From IMG/VR virus record IMGVR_UViG_3300009183_000003, positions 2,724 to 66,723 of that record: 64,000 nt of DNA; one strand, 5' to 3'. The DNA comes from a virus. Positions 45,549-56,000 of this stretch are shown piece after piece. The position numbers were made by a program, and so were the translations under genes. Under the pieces are notes generated by a model. The model had not been told where the DNA came from and made no database searches. It was given only the letters and a program-made list of their open reading frames with translations. The stretch's first letter is position 1; each line of letters starts with the position of its first letter.

Positions 45549-47018
45549 ATGGCATTAACACCAGGATTATATGTACCGCAAGGTCAAGTAGGAACAGGCG
45601 CAGCTTATGTGCATCAGATTAAAGACAGATCTGGATATTTAGAAGCTATTGCAAAAGCATCTGAAAAACAAAGGCTTAACCAAGAGAAACAGATGGCTAA
45701 ACTCAAAGGTTTCGACTATGGAAAAGTAGTGGACGAAAACATGAAAAAGCATATATCTGCAAAATACAAAGAAGGACTTGAAACTTTTGCTGCAATTACA
45801 GCCGCAGGTGGTGATATCGCAAGTATATCTACACCCGAAGGTCAAGCATTTAGTGTGTGGCAAAATCAAATAAAAGATGAGGCTGATACAGCCGCCCTTG
45901 CCGAGGCGAATAAGGAGAAGTTTTTAACTTCTTATTCAACACGTCCGGAGTTATACGACACCGATATTGCATCCGCTGTTTTAGAAGAATATGAAGCGGC
46001 TACTACCCCTGACGATAAGTTGAGAGCAACTCAAAATCTAGACCCTCTTCATTTAAAACAGTTTAATTACAACAAATGGATTCAAGAGGAGATTGAACCT
46101 GCTAAAACAGATAAGGAAATTATAGAATTAGGAGAAGATATTACAGAATATCAAAATGTTTACAATAAAAAACTTGAAGAAATCCCTTCGATATTAGCCA
46201 CTAAACCAGGTTACAGATTAGCTGAAGTTCAATGGAAAAAAAGAAAAGAAAAAGGGGAGGCAGGTTTTGACCAACCTGATTTTCAAACATTTTTAGAAGA
46301 TCAAGTTGCTCAACAAAAAATTATTAGAGAAAGTAAGTCAGAATCTCCTGCGGCTCAAGGAAATAATTTTACTATAGTTATGCCTGGAGAAGACGCAAGT
46401 AAAGCAGTAACAACGCCTACTTCAAATGTACAGGGAATGGCGATAAATCTCCCTGACCTTAAAGAGGCATTTGAAGGTACAAGTCCTAATAACCAAGCGT
46501 TTTGGGCAGCAGGTACTGGAAATGTACCTAAATTAGTATTGAAAGGTAAGGGTAATGACCCGGCTGCATACGGGCTTGACGCAACTGTGGCGGAAGCAGA
46601 CGGTGATGATCCAAACGGTATTAAAATAAAGGGAGATATGTTGTGGAAGTTTAGAATACCTACACAAGGTCAAGTCTTTCAACCTCAAGATAAGTCTGAC
46701 CTATCTCGTCAGTTTAAAGACGCTAACTTTTTTGATGAAAATGGTAAGGTTACAGGAGGAGAACCTGCTGATATGTATCAAGATCAGTTGGGTGACTTAT
46801 GGATAGACTTAACTGATGAAAAAGGAGGTCTTAAACACATTATAGTAGCTGTTGGTGGGTACACTCAAACGTATAAAGATTCATATGGTGACTTAAAACC
46901 AAATCCTTTGAAGTCAGTAGCTGAAAAGAATCAAGCGGCTCTTGAAAAATCGTTGGGTGTAAAGTTTAGTGACTTTGCCAACAAGTATTTTTACAACAAC
47001 ATGAATATAACAAAGTAG
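45549..47018 (+). CDS. internal virion/ejection (cargo) protein
   Basis: 489 aa between the muzzle and the giant gene; helical N-terminal half. Confidence 0.55.
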   Translation: MALTPGLYVPQGQVGTGAAYVHQIKDRSGYLEAIAKASEKQRLNQEKQMAKLKGFDYGKVVDENMKKHISAKYKEGLETFAAITAAGGDIASISTPEGQAFSVWQNQIKDEADTAALAEANKEKFLTSYSTRPELYDTDIASAVLEEYEAATTPDDKLRATQNLDPLHLKQFNYNKWIQEEIEPAKTDKEIIELGEDITEYQNVYNKKLEEIPSILATKPGYRLAEVQWKKRKEKGEAGFDQPDFQTFLEDQVAQQKIIRESKSESPAAQGNNFTIVMPGEDASKAVTTPTSNVQGMAINLPDLKEAFEGTSPNNQAFWAAGTGNVPKLVLKGKGNDPAAYGLDATVAEADGDDPNGIKIKGDMLWKFRIPTQGQVFQPQDKSDLSRQFKDANFFDENGKVTGGEPADMYQDQLGDLWIDLTDEKGGLKHIIVAVGGYTQTYKDSYGDLKPNPLKSVAEKNQAALEKSLGVKFSDFANKYFYNNMNITK

Positions 47019-47072
47019 AAATAAGGCTTATCTATTAAATGAAATTAGTATATTTGTATATACAATTTTTAT

Positions 47073-50000
47073 ATGGCAACCTTACAAGACCTCTTTAACG
47101 AAATACAAGCAGATTCTAGAATTTCAAATCCTCCTACATTTGAAGACTTTCAATCTAAAATGGAAGACCCTGCATATGCAGAAAGAGTTAATGAAATATT
47201 AGGTAGAAACGGCTACGATGTAAACGCTTACGAGGGATTAAAAAAAAAAGAGGAGTCTATGGTCGAATCTGCTCCGCTATCTCAGCAGGAGTCAGAGCAG
47301 CCAAGCGAAACTACAGAGCCAACCCAGACGGTTGGTACTGAGCCTACACAAGAAGTAGTTACAGAGCAAGTAATTGAAAAGCCAGTCTTTTCAGCACCTG
47401 CTCCTATAAATACAATTTCTCCATTTAAAAAGAAAAAACCGCAAGAAACTAAAGAGGAACTTGCGGCAAAAGCAGTTCCGTTTGACGATTCTTATAACGT
47501 ATCTATGGGTTATTTCAACCCAACAACTAATAAGGTTGAGGTGCTTGTAGAGCCAAAAGAAGAGGGGTCTTTTCCCTACACTCAAGTTGTTGACGCAGGT
47601 GATCCTTGGTTAGAGTCTGTAAAGAAGACCTTTCCTGGAATGGCTATGTACGCTGATGAGAAGGAATGGAAAACCGCCTCTGCTCAAAAGATGGCAAAGG
47701 AAGAGAATGCAATTCCCCCAACTAGCTTAGGTGCTTTGCCTATGACGCCTGTGGATATTAGCGGAAGAAAGGCAGGTCCTTTAGGAAAGATAATTCAAAA
47801 AACATTTGGTTGGGATGACGCTAGATTAGAGCAATTTTATACAGACCAAGATAAAAGGAAGGCAAACAGAACTCCATTGGAAGTTTGGGGGTCTGAGTTC
47901 AATAAGTTTTTAAAGGGTTCAAAAGATGTTGCTGAAATACAACAAGCAAAAGAATGGGTAAAGCAAGAAAATATTGCTAACGCCACAGCCGCAAAAGAAA
48001 AGTATGAATTTGTATTTTCAAATGGTCGCAGCAATTTAAATCACGATAAAAATGCAATATTAGAAGAGTATGCCACCAACCCAGATGCAGCGTATTCTAA
48101 GTTTAAAAACTTTAGGTCGGACGTTACCCTTGATTATTACGATGCTGAAGAAAGGTATTTAAATAATAAAGGTGAAGATCAAGACCAAATTAGGTTTGAA
48201 AGGTCAAAATACGAGGCTTTAATTAATGACGAGCGTAACGGAAAAGATTTAGACCGAGTTGATGAGCAGTTTATTCAAGCACAAGAATCTCGTGCAATGA
48301 ATGCTTACTCTAACACCCTTGGCTCTGATGTTACTCTATTAACATCAACCAAAGAGTACGAGAAGGCATCCAAGGATTTAAGAATTACAAACTTTAAAAT
48401 TGTACAGGCTCAAAAAAGACTACAAGAGTTAGGTTATGATGTTGCTGGGAAAGCTATAGAGGAACAAGGTAAAACATTAACCCAACAACAAATTGAGGCA
48501 AAAAAATATGCCGATGAGATGACCTCGTTAAACGATGACTATGAGGAGTTTACTACACCATTAACATCTCGTCAAGATGTTATCAACAAGAGAATAGAAG
48601 AGTTGCAAACCAAAGGAGAGGTTACGAGAGAAGAAGAGGCGGAATATTCTCAATTGGTTGAAGAGTTCAATGCTATTAATGAGCAAGTTAACGCCAAGAC
48701 TTTAAATTACACAACGTCTTGGGGAAAAGCCCAAGAAAATTACAACAAGTATTATACTGAATCAAATGCTCTTTACCAAACAATTAAAGAGCAAGAAAAG
48801 AAAATAAATGACCCCGAGGTTCAAGCGTTAGTTAAAATTATTAACAACGCTAATGACGAAAAGAATTTTGTAATAAACCAAACCGGAGTAGATGCGGCAG
48901 CGATTTCTGACTTGACTATGGCTGCTGACAGAGTTGACTTAGTTAGTAAGTTAAATGAAAGATCTAAAGGTCATGAGGAATCTTCTGTAAATCGTTTTGA
49001 CGATATTCGTGAGAGAGAGAAGATGGATTTCTATATTAATTTGTATGGAAAAGTTGCTGACGAAGCGGTGGGATCACCTTTTGTTAGTGGGGCTGTAGAG
49101 TTTACTAAAGGTGCTGTTAATACCGCATATAAAATGGCATCTGGATTGTTATTTAGTCCTGTTTATATTGCTAATTTATTTGCCGCTGACGATGAGTATT
49201 CTGAAATGGACAGGGTTACGGAAACTTTATCAGACGCAAGCACGGTGTTAGACCCATTCACATCGGTTAGAAGCGATGCTGACATGGTTGACAAGATATT
49301 AAACGCTACAGGTGGTGCAGCAGTTCAAATGGCGGCAATGGCTACAGGCTCAGGAGTTTTAATGGAGGGTGGTATGGGTGTTATGGCGGCCCAAACCGTT
49401 ACAACTTTCATGTCCTCTTTCCCAATGAACTACCAAGACAATATCAACTCGGGAATGAATCCAATGGACGCTAGAAACATTGCTTTGATGAACACCGCTA
49501 CTGATGTTTTATTAGAAGGAATATATGGCGAGGGTAAAATTTACAAGGCAATAAGAGCTAGTCGTTCAAGTGCTATTAAAGAGGGTATTAAGGCTGGTAA
49601 AAATGTAGACGAAATAATGGCTGACTTTTATAAGTCTCTACCAAAAGAAGTTGCTGATAAAGCTAAAGACGTGGGAGTTAGAGCTGTTGCAATAGTTGAG
49701 GGAGCAGCTTTAAACGCTTTTGAAGAAACTACTCAAATGGTAGGTCAGAAAGCTACAAACCGAGCGTATAACTATATAAACGATGGCTCTGTAGCTGAAG
49801 TGGAGACTAATGGAGAAGAGGTAATATTAACAACTATACCTGCCTTATTATTAGGGGGAGCAGGTAACGCTACTATAGACATTGCCTCTACACAATCAAG
49901 AGACGCTTTATCAGAAGGAATTTTATATGTAGGAGCAAATAGCAACAACTTTTTATCAGAGATAGAAAAACAAGTACCAGACTTTTATAACGAGAATAAA

Positions 50001-53000
50001 AAGCAATTAGAAGAAATTTCAATGGTTGCTAAAGAGTCTCAGAAGTTACCCGGATACGCTAACCTAGACGCTAACTTAAAGGCTCACGTTTTATCTGAGA
50101 CAATCAGAAAAAAGAACCTTGAGGCAGCCATGAAAAACTTTGGTTTGGAAGACCCTAAAACTAAAGAGGAAATAGCAAACATTGATACTGAAATAAAACA
50201 AATTCTCGCAGGAGAAAAAACATCAACTATAACCGAAACACCACAAGAAAATGCCGTACAAGAGCCAAGCACAGGAGAAGTTCTTCAACGCCAACCGCAA
50301 GAAGTTGGAGAAGCAGGGAGTCAACGTAAAGGAGTGGAACCAGTCCTCGAAGGGGAAGGTACTACCCAAGAAGTTGGGAAAGAAGAAATAGTAGCCACTC
50401 CACAAGAAGCCAAAGAACAAGAGGCGATGCAAAATGACATCGACCAAGTTCAGCAGTCGACAGGCACCGTTATTAATTTAAACGAGGACGGGACTCTTAC
50501 TATCAACGCTCCTCAAAGAGGTGGTCAGTCTAAAAAAGACGCTGCCATTGAGAACGCTAAACAAGAGTTGACTAACCTTGGTTACAATGTCGAGAGTAGA
50601 GTTGTACAACCTACTCAACAAGAAGTTGTACAAGAGGAAGTACAACCCGAGATTACAGACGAAGAGTTTGACAACTCAATCAAAGAGGCTGAGGGAATGG
50701 GTGTGGTTGCTGGTTCCGAGGCAATAGCTGACTTACAAACTCGTACTGCCCAAGACCCGAAGAAGGGTAAGATTGTTTCTCAAGCGTCTCGTGCAGTACA
50801 AGCACTTAAGTCATTATTCCCAAACATGAACATTGTCCTCCATGAGAATGATGAGTCATATAACAACGCAATGGGAACTTTAGGGGGTACGGCTAACACT
50901 CGTGGTCAGTTTGTGTATAAGCCTACTGCCGATGGTAACATCCAAGGTGCTGTGCATATCAACCTTGACAGAGCAAACGCAAGAACAATTGCTCACGAGG
51001 TTACTCACGCTGCTCTCCTCAAGATGTTCAAAGGAGATGGAAAGGTGTTCGGAAACTTTAAAGACAAGTTAAAGGACATTGCCAAGAACCAAAAGATGGT
51101 TATCACAGACAAGGAAGGCAACCAAGTAGAAACTACATGGGGAGACGAGGCTGAGAAACTATCTAGCAGATACCAAACAGAAGATCAGGCAGAAGAATAT
51201 CTATCTGAACTTGCAGGTCTTGTTGCGGAGATGGATACAGAGAATCCTACTAACAAGAGCATACTTCAAAAGATTGCCGAGTTCATCAACAAGTTTATTT
51301 TGAGTAACCCTCAACTTAACGCTTTAGGTATAAAGCCAATTACTGATACATCTTCTGCGGAAGAGGTGTTGGAATTCTTCGACACTCTTGGTAAGAAGAT
51401 TTCTAGAGGAGAGGAGATTAAAGAATTTGATGACGTGAACTCACTTGGTCTTAGTGGTAAAGTTAATGTCTCTGAAGGTGTAAAGTCTAAAAGTTCAATA
51501 GACTCCGGTGAAATAAAAAGGTTTCCTGTCAACCCAAACACAAGGGTTGAAGAGGGTGTTCCTTTAGAGCAATTCAACGGAAAGAGAGTTAACCTAATGG
51601 AGTCAGATCGTATGACGGGTGGTTACATAAGCGACTCTGAGGGTAACCCCTTGTTTAAATTTTACGGGGGTGTATTTTACCCTGTAATTACAGGAAAGTG
51701 GTGGGCTTCAAGAAACAAGATGAAGGCAAAAGGAATCGCTGAAAACGCAAACAAAAACAGAGACAAGGACGGGTATATTTATTCCGCTCCTATGATTGGC
51801 TCAGACAAGCAACACATGAGCAACACAGATATGTTGACCGTCACTGTTGAGCTGATGAAGTTTGACGCTAATTCAAAAACATCAAAGGTTAAAAAAGCTG
51901 ACGTTATAAGTTACATTGACAAGGCGTTTAGTAATAAGAGTGTTCAAGGCAAAAAAGCTGTAGTAAAAACTGTCTTGAAAAAGTCAAACAATATAAATGA
52001 ATTATTTAATGAGTTGGAGTTTGTCTTGTTCCAAGAGGGGGATAAGATATTAGACAAGAACGGAAGTCCGATATTGGACGAGAATAAAAAGCCAATATCA
52101 AACTTTACGTTTGAGGAAAGGTTAGCAATAGTTAACTCTATCTTAGGAGACCCAAAAGTTAAAGAAGCAAGATTCCCATCGGCAGGGTCTATATCAGACG
52201 CTGCTAAAAGATTTGAAGAGCCAATTACGGCAAAGGCTAACAAGATAGGGGACTTGGTTACCATAATGAGAACTAAAGGCACTTTACAATACAAAACATC
52301 CGAGGTTAATGACGACTTTTATCACAAGTCTTACCCAGAAGAAATTTATGCCGTTAACGAAGACGGCTCCCCTGCTGAGATTGAAGTGTATGTATTAGAA
52401 GGGGCTTATAGCATGAACGATGTTTTGCCTTCTTTAACTCAGTCTAGCGGAAAAGAGTTTACATGGGACGAGTATTTAGAAAAACACAAGTCTGAAAATT
52501 TAGCAATAGCTCAATACAACAGAACTGCTAAATTAAGTAGTGCGTCCGGTGAAATCAAATCAGGCGTTAAGACAAAGTCTCAAATGGATGACGTTCAGCG
52601 TACAGCACAGATGTACAACATGAGCGAGCAAGGTTTCTTTCCAAAGAACGCTGACGAGTTTAAGATTAACAAGGACTTTGAAAAGTTTGGTTTAAAATCA
52701 AAGAGAGCAAACCCTACTAATTTTGGTCCAGGTTCTCTATACTTAGTTAACCAATCAGGAAGAAAGGTTAATCCATTTGGAGTAAAAAGAAAAGCTCAAA
52801 TTGATATTGACGCAGCAGAGAGTCCTCTATACCAAACGAGAACTAAAGAGGATGTGCCTTTTGTATCTAACGAGCAAGTTAGAAATGATGTGCCTAAGAT
52901 GGATGCGACTACTCGTCAGACGGAGGCAAAGAATATTAAGATTGAGCCAGGAATGTTAGTGGGTTCTCGAATAAACATTAACGCATCTAAGTCATTGGGT

Positions 53001-56000
53001 TACCCTGTACTTACTATTCACCATACATTTGATAAAGGCAAACCTCAAAAAGAAAATCCAAACGCTTCAAAAGGAGAGGCAATTGGACAGAGAGGTAACG
53101 TAACCCTCTCCAATGTAAACTTCAACGTAAGTCAGAGCGAAAGAAATAAGATTGCTGAAGGTCGTGCAAAGGGAGTAATGGCTATGGCAGTTGGTCGAGT
53201 GATGGATGTTGAACCAAACTTTGATGGAGTTGAACTCTCGTTTAATCCTAATCGTGAACATTTATTTGTCGATTCTGAAGGAAGGGCAGTTAAATCAGCA
53301 GAAGAAGTTACTGTTATGGGATTCAAGGCTTACGCTCGTGGTAAGATAACTTACTTTGAAGATTTTGAAGACCCAAGAAGTCCTAAGTATACAGCACCAT
53401 CTCAAACCAAGTTTGCTAAAACAAAAGAAGAACTTGTTAAGATGGCTGACGATGTAGATACCGGCAACACAACTGTTGAAGAGGTTGGTGTTCCAGAGTT
53501 AGCACCCGAAGTAGTTGCCGAGGCGATTACCGCTTTCTCTGATGCTATTGAAAATGGTTCTACTATTGAAGAGGCTACAGAAGAGGTTGCGCTTATTTTG
53601 GAGAATAGTGCTGAAGAAGGTCCTCGCAAAGTAACTCCTCCATCAGAAAAGACAGAGCCTGTTTCTGCAAATAAAAAAGAGGAGAAGCCTAAGGCAGAGA
53701 AAAAAGAAAAGGTTGTAGGTCCTATACTAAGCGACTCGGAAACTATCGTTGCCTTCACTATTGCAGGAAACGCCAAGTCTATCATGGACACTACTGGAGT
53801 TGCTCAAGCAGATGCAGTTAACGAAGCGGTCCTTGAAATTACCAACGGGGACCAAGAGTCTGCTGATAGATACTTAGCTCAACCAGGAATTAAAGAGGCG
53901 GTCAATAACAAGATAAAACAGATTAAGGCGAAGACTGCAAGAGAGTTAGAGGCTGAGTCTCCAAAGATTACAATTAGTGAGCGTAAACTTCTTTTGGACA
54001 GAGTTAAGGCAGAAATCAAAGCTGCTCTTGAAGGTCGCAAAGAAGGTAAGAAAGAAGGGGTGGAACAAGCTACTGAAAAAGCTCAAAAGACAATTGATGC
54101 TCTAAATAAAAAGTTAGAGGAAGGAAAGATTACTAAGCAAGAGTTGCAAGACAGAATCAAAGAGCTTGGCTATAACATCCGATTTGAGGCTGGAGTTGCA
54201 AGACTTGCAGGAGAGAAGACTGGAAAGTCTATGGGTAAAAAGTTTGGAGAGTTTGTTGGGTACTTCAAGGGACTCAAGGCAGGAAGAACTGAGCAGAGAG
54301 GTTTGGGTGCTTTAGTATCTGAGTACATAAAAGACGTGGTGGACAATGAGTTTGGCAAGAAGGGTACCGTCTCTCCCGCTACATTGAAGTCTATTGCTCG
54401 TAGAGCAGCAACTATCTCTAACCAAAAACAATTGGATGCCTTTGTGTCTTACTTGGATAAGGTTATTGCAAACAGAAGACTCGCTGAAGGATTAAATGAA
54501 ATCAAGAAACTTCAGAAGCAGTTGTTAAACAAGGTTGGGTATCAGTACACATCTAACATGAAGATGTTTGCCAAGTTCGATATGTTTACAGCGGACGGAG
54601 ACTTAGCGTTTGATATGCTTACCATGACTGAATACTTAGACGCTCTTCGTGACTTGACTAGCGATAGAGTACCAAAGATTGGCAAGATGATGGAATTGTT
54701 TGACGATATGTACGACATCAACCAACAGAACCAGCCTGCGCTTAAAACCGCAATTGACTCACTTAATGAATGGCAAATAGCAGTAAATAAGTTGTTTAAT
54801 ACCGCTAAAGATATCATTGTTCAAAACAACGGAGTGGTTGATCTAGCCGAATCTTTTCAAAACTATAGGGCATTTAAATCTAATGTAAAGAAATACACAA
54901 ACGCACTTGATGAGTTACTAGTCACAGGCATGATTAGTGAATCTGACTACGAAAGGATGTTTAATGATGTTATTGAAAAATCTGCTGTTACAGATACTTA
55001 CGCTTCTGAGTTCCAAGACCAAATAGATGAGTTGAAGAAGATGTTGATAGACGGTATCACAGACAAAGGTGATTATGGATTTATGGACTCAATCAAGGAT
55101 TGGTTGAGTAATTCTCCTAACTCATTTACGGAAAATCAAAAGAAATTGATTGACCAGTTAATGAGAGCGACTCCTAAAAACTTGATGACTTTAAGTCTTG
55201 AGGATCTTGACTTGTTAAACCAAGTTACTGCTCAGATTGCTGAGGCAGGATTTGTTGACGAAAAGAATTTAAGAACCCTATTAGATCGTGCAGAAATTAG
55301 AGGCAACGAGGTTGGTAAGAGTTTAGTTGAGCAGTCTCAAAAAGTTCGTAACAAATACTCAAACCCTAAGAATGGATACATCAAGATGATGAGAGACACT
55401 CTAGGAAAGAGCGTTGTGTTCTGGGAGTCTCGACTAGGAATGAAAGAGAATGGTGCTTTCAGAAAGCATTTGATAGACCCAATCGTAAGAGCAATCAACG
55501 GATGGGAGAAAGACTCTCAACGAATTCTAAAAGACTATCAAAGAAAAGTTGATAAAATTAGGGGCATAAATATTTTAAAGAAACCTTCGGATATTAAAAA
55601 ACTTATCAACAGAACCAAGATTGAAAAGTTTAAGTTAACCACCGATGGAACTTTGGTCCCTAACGGAACAGTGAAGGTGTCAAAAGACGCTTACGATAGA
55701 GTAATGATTGGTGTTGTTGGACACATACTTAACAACGCATGGAATGCTAAACAGAAGAAGAAAACTGTTAACGATTGGTTGGGTAAGCAGATACTTAGTG
55801 CGGAGCAAAGAAATAAGATGCAGAACGAGGATGTCAACGAGTTGGATATTGTAAATAATATTTACAACGACTTGAAGCAGATGTTTCCTGACGGAAATGG
55901 AGGGTTGGACCACATGGCAGTCCTAGAAGCATTTGAATCAGATCCTACATCTATTCTTACAAGCAATCAGTTGGAGTATTACAAAGCTGCACAAAGTGCC

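Noticed and set aside
54580-54612. RNAP catalytic motif in FDMFTADGDLAFD
   Set aside because: Lacks the first Asp of DxDGD/DxDxD and sits in a helical region
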